A DNA stretch of 64,000 bases from Chrysomallon squamiferum (taxonomy: Eukaryota > Animalia > Mollusca): assembly GCA_012295275.1 (NCBI GenBank), contig CM022672.1, forward strand, positions 11,036,001 through 11,100,000, given 5' to 3'. Shown here piece after piece: positions 38,560 through 51,400 of this stretch. The position numbers and the translations under genes were made by a program. Within the stretch, counting starts at the first letter, position 1. Every line of letters starts with the position of its first letter. A model generated the notes under the pieces. The model was not told the DNA's origin, searched no databases, and saw nothing but the letters and a program-made list of their open reading frames with translations.

Positions 38560-38745
38560 TGACTGCTTCAGCCATGATGGGTCACACAGTTAATATGTCT
38601 CTGTGAATTCCCATGGCTGTTTATCCATTACATCAGTACTCATTAAGTACTGATGTATCAAAGACTCTGGTAAGTGCTTCTGACTGTGAGAAAGCACAGA
38701 GATGTCAAAGACTTCTCGTGGCTAATTGGTAGGAGTAGCCCCAGG
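38560..38745 (+). mobile_element. Degenerate SINE copy, same family, opposite orientation
   Basis: TGTATCAAAGACTCTGGTAAGTGC...GCTAATTGGTAGGAGTAGCCC aligns loosely to the reverse complement of the 29.9-30.2 kb and 10.7 kb copies. Confidence 0.5.
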
Positions 38746-38754
38746 GTCCCTCCC

Positions 38755-39400
38755 TAAAACATTATAGATCAGTGCATCATATTAAAATTAGTTTCCATTA
38801 AGTAGCAATGGATAAGACATCACTAAACTATGAATTCTAATGTTTAAAACATTCCTCTATGAGCATCTCAAGACTGCTTGTTTCTGACAGGTAGATACCC
38901 CCTCCACTAAGACATTACAGATCAGTATATCATTCTAACTATATTTTTAATAACACTGGAAAAGTCATTATTAAGCTGCATTAAAAACATTTTTATGCCC
39001 ATTCTATGTCTGAGAGGAAATACAAGATGTAAAAAAATTTCTTGTTTCTAACAGAATGGAGTAGACCATGGAGTCACTCTAAAGTACCACAGACCAATAT
39101 ATAACACATCAACAATTTTTTCGTCCATAAAGAAATCATGAAACTGATTTAATATTAATTATTTCCCTCTCCATACATTACAGTCCTGCATATCAACAGT
39201 ATTTTTCATTCAGCAAGATATCATTAAACTGAAATAATATTCTTCTTTTTTTTTCTTTTCTAGCAGTACTTCTCAGTCTATAAAAAAAATACAATGTGAC
39301 CAATGGCATAAGCTGTTCCCCCTGCCCCGATACATTACAGGCCAGTATGTCACATTAACAATATTTTTCATTCAACAAGATGTCATTAAACTGAACTAAT
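38755..39400. repeat. Degenerate tandem repeat, up to ~155-bp period, about five units
   Basis: ACATTACAGATCAGT-like motifs near 38759, 38912, 39085, 39175 and 39332. TATTTTTCATTCARCAAGATRTCATTAAACTGAA occurs twice. Confidence 0.7.
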
Positions 39401-40297
39401 TCTCCTTTTCTTCTTTCCAAATGGTGTAATAAATCTAATTTTGACAATGGTTACTTTGGAACAAAACATCATTGACATTTTCAAGTGTTTCTCAATCTTC
39501 TTAAAATTTTTAGCATATGTTGCAAGTTAGCAAAGGCCAAGGCCAATCAGAAGACTTCAATTGAAAAGGGAGTGGAAGGGAAAAAATCAATAAGTTTAAA
39601 GCTGGGATGATGGTAATTGCCAAAACTCGGTTAAGTTCCACTCAACTCTGCCAGCACTGATAATGATGGCCTGAAGAAGAGTTTGAGTGAAAATTAGCAT
39701 TTTCATTAATTCCTTTTTACAGGATAACATCTACTTCTAGGCGTGTTTGAGCATAAAACAATTTCCTAAGCACACACTACGTGAAATCATTAAAAAGTAC
39801 CTATGAATTGTTACTGTGTAATTATATTGGAATTATCAACTTATTATTCTTAAATGACATTACAATAATATGGTGAGGTAATAATTTGAATAAAATTTTG
39901 ATATGTTAATTATTTCACAAAAAAAGATTTGTTTAAACATATGCCAATCATTAAGAAGCATATATATATATATATATATATAAAATTTGTAATTAGATAT
40001 TACTATTGTTATATAAGATTAATTTGTTATAATGTTAATAATATATTAAGAATAATATTACTCAATATATTCCAGTTAAATATTTTAACCTATTTACTCC
40101 CATACCTGAGTAGTGGATCATTCTGTGTAATTCTGTGTAATTTTAAAAATATATTATGTCAGAGCATGCCTTATAAATATTAATGAGTCACAAATATTTT
40201 TAAATTAAAATATTAAGCCAGAAAGTTGCTACATATGTATTGATCTATACAAGATGGAACTAAACATATTGGGAAATGTCTGTATATGAATGTATAG

Positions 40298-40364
40298 TTA
40301 TGATCTTGAATCTTAACAAAAAAATTATATATATATATATATATTGTTAGATTCAAGATCATAA
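40298..40364. repeat. Inverted repeat around a (TA)n loop
   Basis: TTATGATCTTGAATCT (40298-40313) is the exact reverse complement of AGATTCAAGATCATAA (40349-40364). Confidence 0.85.
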
Positions 40365-41251
40365 ATATGTGTCATAAGCTCCCTTGAATTCATGTGAAAT
40401 TTGGCAAAAACAAAAAACCTAAAAAAACCAAGAACAAGAAACCAAGACACCAAATATAAAAACCCACTTATTATCCTGCTCTTTAGCTTTCTCTTGAGAA
40501 AAGCTCCCCCAGCAAATTAATGAAAGTGCTTTTCCAGTTTCCTAGATTTTTCTAAAGACATGATCAACAGAAATTCTGATCATTTTAAGAAAATGAAAAG
40601 CTATTTTCTCTTCAGTGCCTAATTCTTCTTTTTCTTCCAGTTTGTCTTTAAACCAAATTCATCTTCTATTATTCTTTTTCTTTTTTTTTTTTTTTTTTTT
40701 TTTTGTTATCATTTGATTTTCCAACTGTCATGAAACAATAAATTTGTCAATAAAGTTAATAAACTTGTACACTTATGTTTGGATGGTGAGACAGAAAAGA
40801 TATTTTTAATTTTTTAATCTGTTGAAAGCTGTATGTTCTGGCCTGGTCATTAGATGATGATGCCTGTTAATTTTATATAATATTTATTTAAATTCACACT
40901 TCAACATATGCTAATTTAACAGATAACAAAATTTCAGGCCTGTATGGGCTTGCATACTCAAACACTCACAAAAAAAAAAAAAACATATAAAATGATATGA
41001 TTGTTTCAAAACAACATTGTATTAGCAATCGGAAAATTTGGGTCATGATACAAATTTCATTTCTAGATAGAAAATCTGTTTACACGTTTATCAGCTACAT
41101 TTTCAGTCTTTGTTTTATAACTACTTATATTCTTCTTTAATAAGATTATCAATTAAAGTACAGTCTTAAAGTTAGTTTATTAGTTAATATGCTGTATAGG
41201 AACATGTAGGTTTATAGTTCTGTTCTTGTTATTTAATTAATTAATTAATTA

Positions 41252-41253
<2 letters not shown>

Positions 41254-41336
<83 letters not shown>

Positions 41337-41345
41337 TAATAATAA
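41254..41345. repeat. (AAT)n microsatellite
   Basis: Direct reading. Confidence 0.97.
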
Positions 41346-42601
41346 TAAATAAATAAATATTGCAACTGAAAAGACAATAAATTAATCCCTTCTTCAATCT
41401 GTATGTTAAAGGCTTTGTTTTTTTCCTTTCATTATTATTATAGATGTCATTATTACTATTATTACTAATTAAAATAAGAAAAAAGAAATCAACTCCTACA
41501 TATATATATATATATGGGAAATATGGTTTTCTAACTAATGTACTGTAATTAATTACTGAGAAATATTGTAATTATCATACACTTCAAATCCACAAATGGT
41601 TATTAATGAAATCTATCAAATGACCATCTGTATCTTGTTTCCTTGACAACGTAAGTATAATACTCCATGTTAATTACTATTCAGAATAAACAAAAACATC
41701 TGTCTTTTTACAATCTTTGGTTCTGATAAAAAAGAAATTTATATTCATTATTTCTTTATACATGTTTTAACTCAGATTTTAAAATACATTCTACCATACC
41801 TCATATTTTGGAAAATATATTCTTATAAATCTAATATCTATCTAAAAAAAAAAAAAAAAAAAAAAAAATGTTTTCATTAATAAAGCCTCAATTTACAAAT
41901 AGAATGACACTATTGAGTGTGAGTATAAATATCAAGTAAAAATGAATTTGATTATTAAGAAAATATATATTCAAAAGAAAAAATCTAAATGGCCAAAAAT
42001 AAAGGCTGGTGGTTTCATGAGTGGTATGGCAGACATGCCCACCTTTGCAATAATGTATAAATAAAGAGACCATAAGAGGATTAGTGATGACAGATACTAA
42101 TAATTTAGTAATCCATCCATCTGACCATCTAGTAATATCTCCCTGCTATTTATGGCTTGCTGTGTGACAAGGATAATCGGATAAATAGTAAATAAACAAA
42201 AGTATATATTAAGTGTATGATGAGTTATCTTTAGGAAGTAAACATAAATAAAGAAAATTCAACTGAAATTAATTAATTCATTATATAAAAATAATAATAA
42301 TAATAAACAAAAATAAAATAAAATGAATAAAAATGAATAAAATCTTCTTTTTTTTTCAAATTAAATTAAAAAAACAAAAATGGAGAAAGGAAATAAATAA
42401 TTAAATAAATAATTAAATAAAAAAACAACAAAAAAACCCAACTCAAATCAATATCAAAAGCCAGAGGGTCAAAGTGATAATTGTAAAATGATATCATTTT
42501 ATGTATTTTTAAAAATCTATTCCATTTTCTTTAAGTATTTCACATTAATGCTGTGGTTTTGGATGAGTTTATTCATATTACAACATTAGTAATGCATATT
42601 G

Positions 42602-42643
<42 letters not shown>

Positions 42644-43451
42644 ATATAAAAAAAAATGAATCCACTGAGTTTTGGCCAATACAATAAGCTCTATCACAAT
42701 CATAACATGAGTATTTTCCTCAAGGAAACCCCAAAAATATGGAAACTGTTTTAAAAATGTTTTTCATTATATTCTATATATTATTCTTTCTGTTTTATTA
42801 ATAATAATTAAAAAAAAAAAAAATTAAATAAATAAATAAATTAAAATAAAACAAACTAAAATAATGAAATAAAATTTATAATGAACAATTCCTATATGGC
42901 AAAAAAAAAAAAAAATAAAGCATAAGATTAATAATAGTAACTAAAGAAATGAAAAAAAAAAAGTAATGTTAATAAAAAATAAACAAATACATAAATAAAT
43001 ATACAATTCTAGAAGGAACAAAAAATCTAACCAGCAAATAACAACAATAACAAAAACACTAACAACCACAACAATGATGAACATATTACACAACATTTAT
43101 TCTCTTCAGTTATTTGAGAACATGGGTTATGAATTGCACTAATTTTTGTAATAATATACAAAAAAGTACTAATGTATCATAAAAGCTAAACTTAGTGAAC
43201 ATACAAGAGACGTTAAAATGAGCTAAGAAAAACCACTCACAATCTGAAGGATGCTAGGAATGTGGAAGTATAAATACTTGGATTTATCATACCAACAATG
43301 AAAGTTGACATGCTTGTGAAATGTTGATCTGTTTTAAATATTATACCAATCCAACACACACAGAATGGCAGCCTTCAACGTTTATTAAACTCTTTTTTCC
43401 TGTTCATGAAACTTCCTCCACTCTTTGAAAAAAAATAAAATAAAAATAATA

Positions 43452-43531
43452 AAAAATAAAAAATAAAAATAAAAATAAAAATAAAAATAAAAATAAAAAT
43501 AAAAATAAAAATAAAAATAAAAATAAAAATA
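43452..43531. repeat. (AAAAAT)n microsatellite
   Basis: Direct reading; source of the FIFIFI ORF. Confidence 0.95.
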
Positions 43532-46500
43532 AAATAAATAAAATAAAATAAAAAGGAAGAAGAAAAGTTTAACAAAGCTTAGAAATACATTTTATAACAG
43601 GGCAATGAAAAAATATTTTGTTCATTATTTGTTTTTGAATTTTAATCAAATTTTATTTATATTTTTATTCCTCTTTCCTTTTCTTGTCTGTTAAATATCA
43701 AGTATTAATCAAGCAGTGCACCATTTAACATCCAAATTATTAACAAAGCTCATGCCAATATTTCATGATTTAAACACAGTCAACATTTTTTTTTTTTTTA
43801 TCTTTGAAGATGAGAGTTTAATTTAATATCCAATATGAGAAAGTAAACAAGTGCAAATGTTTGTTATACATGGATACGTGCTAATTAGCCACACATGAAA
43901 CAGAAGTTGTTAACTACATGAAGACTAGAAAAACGAGGAAATAATCAATATCTGCCTATGATTCAACTCTGCAGGACACATGTCATTAAGTTTGCTATTT
44001 GTATGTATATATATTTTAATTTATAATATCTTTAAGTAAAGCATTATCAACCATAATTAAACATTCTTTATGATCTTCCTTCATGTGAGGAAACCAAGAT
44101 ATTTTATTTCTTGAGATGCAAAGTCAAAGATGTTGGCAGGAAAATATTGACATTTCCAAAGCTGAGCTGAAAGACATGATCATAAGATTGTTCATGATAA
44201 AAGGAGTCGTGTACAGTTTATCAAAGTGCACCAGGAAATTGAAATATCTACACACGTAATTTACAATATACTATTCTCATAAAAGAAGCCTCGTGACAGA
44301 TTTATGAAAGGTCATAGCATATGTTTTCCTGTGTTTGAGAAAGTATGGATAAAAGATAACTTGCAACTAAGTGATTTATAATAGCCTATCTGGCAGAACA
44401 GATTTCCCATTTCATATCATTAATGTACAAAAAATAAAAATAAAACTATACATATAAATGATAATAATAATAATAATAATAAAACATGTCTGACTTCTAT
44501 TGATTGTTGTTATTATTAATAAAATAAGATGAGGTTTTGTTAAAGAAATATTCATTTGTCAATACAAATGGCATGGAAGGATTGGTGTCAGATTAGAATG
44601 TAAAAAAAATTGATAAGTTAATTTAAAAAACTAAAATATCAGTAACAATGTTCACATTTTAGAGCTCTTAATGTTTAACAAAACTTTTAAAAACTTCCAC
44701 TCAGTAATTGTTATGAAAAAGGTTTTCTTTTTAAATAAGTAACTTTTATGTTCCTACATACTTTATTAATATTTTTAATCTAGTTCATATTTATAATCTT
44801 ATTTATAATCAATGTATAATCTATTCTGATGCATACTTTAATCTTGATCTTAATGTAGGTCATTGGATAATCACATGATATATTTAAAAAAATGAGTAAC
44901 TACCATATTTTTTTTAAATCTCTCAACTTTTGGAGTAATTTAATTTAATTACAATTAACTAAACTTCAACACGGTAGTAAACAAGTATGTGCAACAGGTG
45001 TGAAAATATAAAACTGTGAATTAACATTAAGATGTGTGCAAAGTGATGTCAAGTGGTCTTCATAATTAACAGTATGGTCTTCACAACTAATAGTGCGGTC
45101 AACACTCTGGACATTGTTATAAACCAATCTGCAATTCATCGTGTAAGTTTTAATCAAATATGTGGACACTCTAATGCACAAGGCAATCACAGTGTGACTG
45201 ACATTCATTGATTTTAACCTGGCTTTTTCTATCATTTAATGGTAACAGGGATGCCAACAACGGATTGCAAGCAGTGAACTCCACGTACCCTCAATGTCAC
45301 CGACATAAAGATGATGTGCAAATGTTAGGAACAAACAAGGAAATTGCCACAGCATTCGTAATGGAAACTGACAGAACTTGCCACATACATGTTATGATGT
45401 TACATTTACTGATACTTCATAAGCCAGGTTCACTGGCCGCGTAGATAATATCATATTACAAAATGGTGTCATTACTGATGTATTGACCACAATCGTGGCT
45501 TTAAGAGCTTTCATATGAGATAAATGAATCTGTGAGCATGTTAAATTTGTTTGCAATAAGTTGTTTTGTACTGCACATTAATAATGATTTACATGCAATA
45601 TAAATAAGTAAATGTAACATATAAAGAAATGAGAAAGCCATAAAAAAACAATAAAATTAAAAGAAAAAATAGAGAGAAACTGAATAATTGCAAAATTGCA
45701 CCTAAAATTTAAAAATAAAAATAAATAAAAAAGAAAGCATTAAAAAAATTATGAATCATCAAATTTGTCATAGAAATAAAAATAGATGCAGATTGTGTGC
45801 TGAAAAATAATTATAAAATGATAAATTTATATTAATTTATGCACACAGAGATTTCTTAGTTTAAAAGTATCAAAATTTACAACTTTCTTCAAAGATAAAT
45901 TATCATTTATTAAACAAATACATGCAGCTGAATGTAAATGAATGTAAATTAATGCTCCATGAAAAAGAAGTAAAAGATTACATCAGTTTTAAATTTAAAA
46001 AAATAATAATAATAATAAAAAATGAACCATATGAATAATGAAAGGATTATTTTAAATAAAATTAGAAATATATTAACAAAAAAGAATTAAAATTAATAAT
46101 AATAAAAACTGGAACTATATGAACAATAAAAGAATCGTAAAATAATAATAATAATAACAAATTATATATATCATGGTTATTTTATGAAATGCTGTTTTAT
46201 GTTACAATTTGTAACATGATACTGAAGACCAAGCTGTCCTAATCCAACCACTGTGTTACAAGTGAACAAATGTTACACTGCCAATTATTTCCATTCACTG
46301 CTTAAATAATAAACGAGAATAATGAACATTCAAAACTGATGACATGAGAATAAAGAAGGAATCCCACCATGTCTAATAAATTATAATTAAACAATAATGT
46401 CTTCAAGTAATTTCGTTAACATTTCCTGCATATTTTATTGCACTTTTACCATTTGTACTGTTAAACTGATACCGTATGGTTATTCAACCAGATGAAACAA

Positions 46501-48384
46501 TAGACCTCATATATGGGAAGTTTTTGTGTCCTGTGCAAAAAAACAACAACAACAGAAAACAAAAATAAATAAATAAATAAACCACAACACTCCCCCCTCT
46601 GAACTTTCACACGATTGAACAATGCGCCTGTAATGGTTGACACGGTTTAGCGGAACTGAAGCAGATTGCATTAATAATATAGAAAAAATGATGAAGAAAA
46701 AAGAAATCACATTATTTATGCCTTCACACAAGAGGATTAAATATGCAGTTAATAGCTTGATTGAACACTAATAATAGATAGTAACAGCACTGAAGCATGT
46801 TTACTAATCTACTAAATTTGAGTAGGTTATAACACAATATTTATCAATTGGTTCTAAAATATATTCAAATAAAATAAATAAACATACACACGCACACATA
46901 CAATCTGCTAAATGTTGTAACAGCATATATTAAGAAGTGTTGAAGGATTTATGATTTAAATAATAAAATTCAACAGGATTTTGTGTTCTGTAAATATAGT
47001 TATCTGATCCCAAAAAGGTTACATTCTCTTCAGATTTGGGGGTTTTGTTGGGGGTTTAAAAACAAAGGCAGTACCTGCAACTATTTCATTGAAGGCTTCT
47101 GTAAAAAGTTTCTGTGAGAAAGCAGTTATACAAAAATGCTTTGCTGTTAATCAATAAAGTATAATATACTAAATGAAAAAAGAATTACTATGTTATGTTA
47201 GGATCATATATTAATAATAATAATAATAATAATAAAACTGTAAACTCAATACCTAGAAACGATTATTAATAAAAAATACTGAGGTGTTGAAATGAAATGA
47301 AATTCATTTCTATAAAATAATTTTAAAAAACCCACTGTCAATGAATTTTATAAATTCCAGCTAGTCACTTTATCAAAAACCATATCTTTATATATCTGTA
47401 ATACACATTTTATATATCATTTCTGATATCCAAATAAATAATGCATTCATTTTTAATGAATATTTAAACATAATTAGAATTCACATGCACTTGTTTGAGT
47501 TCATATACGTGTTTGTATAAATATATGTGTAACTAATGATTAAATCCATACAAAGAGTTTCATTTTTTAAGTGATGCATATGTTTGCACACCCACACACA
47601 ATTTACTAAGTCACCATCAACATACATATTTCAACAACGTCAAGCCACCCTTCAGGATAAACAAATATATACTCAAATTATTACTGTTATCTGTACATTA
47701 AAATTAACAAGATGCTGAATGTCAATCTCTTGAACCAAAATCCCTAGACCCTGTGCTAAGTTATCTTCAAGCAGCATTGAAGAAATTGTGTCAATAATTC
47801 AATATGATAAAGAGGTTCTGGAGTCAGAGCAATACATGGCATGGCAGACTAAAGCAATCTGGTGTTCCGAGTTGTTGCATAAACTGGTAGCTGGGTTTCA
47901 CACAAGTCCTCCTACAGAACCATCTGCTGTTGTTGACACTTTCACTCTAATGATTCAGAGTGATAAACAGCCCAGTGTCCAAAACTCATGAAGGAAAGAA
48001 GAAAAAAACAAACAAAAAAACACACGTAAAAGAACATACAAAGTGATGAACAACATTAAATATTTGTTGTGTCCATGTGAAAGCAAACCACAAGGGACAT
48101 AACAGAAACACACAGAAGAAAAAAAAAAAAATAGGGAAAGTGAAACATGAGCTTTAAACATGACAATTTTATTGATCCATCATATATACAAGATACTCGG
48201 GCATAACTTGTTAAAAATAAATATTTGTAAGTAGAATGTCATGCTTATATGTGTTAATATTGAAAAATGTTTCAGACTGTTATGTATTTATTATAGAATG
48301 TTAGAAGTTATACGAAAGCTAGTTTCTGAATATCATTAGCTTAAAGTTTGTTTTTGATGTTACAGCAATAGTGAGACCAATATA

Positions 48385-48490
48385 AACTGTTAGCTACAAT
48401 GTGATAGGTTACAGGATCAATTCTCCTAACCACCTAACATAGTTATTTCCTGTTCCAGTACATATGGGTTTATTAAAAGCAGTGATATAA
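48385..48490 (+). mobile_element. SINE 5' fragment
   Basis: CAGGATCAATTC...GTTATTTCCTGTTCCAG matches the head region of the other copies. Confidence 0.35.
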
Positions 48491-51400
48491 AATAAATAAA
48501 TATATTAATTTTAAAATTTTTAAATTCAATTTAACCATGCATTAAAGATATTTATAATTTATAAACCAGATGGTATTATAACAAAGAGATACATATATAA
48601 TTTATGACTACAAAAACAATTAATAGTGCTCACATATATAGAATTATTCATACAATTATCTGTTTCATAAGTTATCATATAAATAATAGTGATAATGATG
48701 ATGGTGATAATGACAATGCTTCCCCTACAAAATATAAAAAAAAAAAAAAAAAAAAAATATGTATGTGTGGATGTGAATTTGTCTGACTGTCTGGGTGGAT
48801 GAGTGCATGTATCTAAAACAGAAATAAATGTATGTCTTTGTAATCACCAGACGTTTTTCATTTATTCATTTTGAGAAAAAAAATACAAGTTACTATATCT
48901 TTCATAATAATCATTTATCTCTGACCATAACATGTTAAATATAAAATTATGTTAATTATTATTATTATTATTGTTGTTTTTTTGTTGTTGTTTTCATATT
49001 ATTCTAAAAATAAAAAATATGAAAATATTAATATTACAACATTTCTATTTTAAACATTCCAGTTCAATGTCTTGTGAAATGCCTTCAGAACATTTCCTTT
49101 AAAATTTATGGAGACAAGCAGCTGGTAATGCATAACTAGGTAATCTAACAACCATTACCTGAAGCTGTTTTTAGAAAATAAATATTTACTTGGATATTAA
49201 TTATATCCAGATGAATATCAAACTCAAATAACATTAAAAGTTTATTAATAAACCCAACCATGCAAACCTAAACAAATAACTGCCCACCGAAAGACAAATG
49301 TATAATAATAAAATAAAAAAACAGACAAAAGAAATAGTGGAAGAAAATAAACATATTGAAAAAATTTAATTATTGACTGGATGATGTCACTTGGTAATTT
49401 TTAATGATTGATTTTATTTTTTTACATTAAGCAGACATCAGGAACAAACAAAATTGTCATGCTTGGTTCTGTAAATGGTGAGAGATCAACAATTTAACAA
49501 TTGCAAGATAAAAAGATAAATACTCAGCAGTTCAATCATGCTGTTTCAGATAGAATGAAAAAGGCATAGAATTCGTTCAAATAAAATTAATTGTATCAAG
49601 TCAAATCAATACTGCATAAATGCAATTAGGTTGTAACATTATGTAACAATTTAGGAATATTACAGATAACAAGAACAGAGGGCATTGCTGAATACATTAA
49701 AATGGACATCTGTTACATACTAGGATTTATTCAACACTACATGAAACTCTGTCCTTTTGGTGATATGAAGGAATAGTCAAAGTATTCTTCATACTACCAA
49801 ATTTTATTGTATTTTTTTTTTTTTTTTCCTTTCAGTCGATAATTAATAATGAAGTTAATAAAAAGTAACAGGGGTGGACAATATTTCTGAAAAACTTCAT
49901 CTGCTACTGACAGACAAAATACAGCTATTAATGTTCCATATGTTGACATCCAGTTGAGATGGGGGTAACACAACAGGAGTTTAGATGTTTAATATCTTAC
50001 TGTCATGCTTTGTTGTTAGTGATGATAGACTGCTAAAACTTGGAAGCATAAAGAATTTCATTTGGCCATTTATCCTAACTGCCAATGGAACACTTTAACA
50101 ATTTAAAAGTAATAAATGAATTTGCTAATGCAAACGTTACTGCCAAAAGGTTTCAGTATTCAAATGAACTGAATAATTATATTCTAACCAGACATTTCAG
50201 TGAATCCAGGGAGCACTGAAGAAGAGAGAAATATGACCATATGTTGCAAATGCATTTAAACATTATCAAATAGCTGAGAATCTATTAACCAATTTGAGAG
50301 TAATAAATAAACATGCAAACACAAATGTCCAATGCTTATAGCATTTAACTATCAAATACAAGATATTCTGTCACACTATTTAGTTTCCTATGATTTTAAA
50401 TACATGCTCAATGGAATACTGCTGTTGGTTATGTTCATATTTTTCACTAGAGGGCATCATCTGTAAAAATAATTACTGGTTACCATGATTGGATTTCTTT
50501 CTTTTTTTTTCTCTTTTTTTTTATCAGCTAGCACAATGGAAATGATGCTAATTACAAATTATTTGGGTGGAAATGAGACTCAGATGAAAAAGAACTGTTC
50601 TGGGATTTTGATAATGGATTTATGGATTCTTCAAAGCCATCTAACAGCAAGGAACGAATAATGGAAAGGGAGAAAGTACTGATGGTTTTTATAATTTATT
50701 AATTAGAAAGTCTTTACAGTGTCAAGTGTCAGATTAATTGTATTTTAAAACTAGAAAATCAAAGTTTTGATCCTGAAAGATTATAACGAAAAATTTATGG
50801 TATATAATATTATAAAGAAATTTATGATATACAAAAGTAGAAAAGTTTTTGTTAATGTACAGTATGATTTAAGATAACATTTTTTTAATACTTTTTAAAA
50901 TTCACATTATATAAAAATATTAATGTTCTTATATAATACAGCAACATACTGTTGAAAAAAACTATATAGATCAATGCTGACAATTCATAAAAACACAGAA
51001 AATCTATATAGATTAAACCAAGCAATAAATTATCCATACGGACAGTGGAGATATATGAACAACAGATGTGTATTAATAAACAGAGGTTTAACATTTCCAT
51101 TAGGTCTAAATCTAAGTAAAATATTATAATATCCGAACCTAAATTCAATGGATTTTATACAACAAAATGTATTTTTCACTTCTTTTTTCAATCTAGATGT
51201 TAAAAATCCAAGAGATAAATTTGGAATCTTAATATTTTTTAAATTTAAATTTGTTATGATTTAATTCAGACAGAAAATGAAAATGATGGAAATATATGTG
51301 TGTTTATAAACATACAGAAACAAATACAAACATACACACCAAATACTCATTATAAAGAAAGAAATACTGGATTTCATAATTATTAAATCACTTAGAAATA

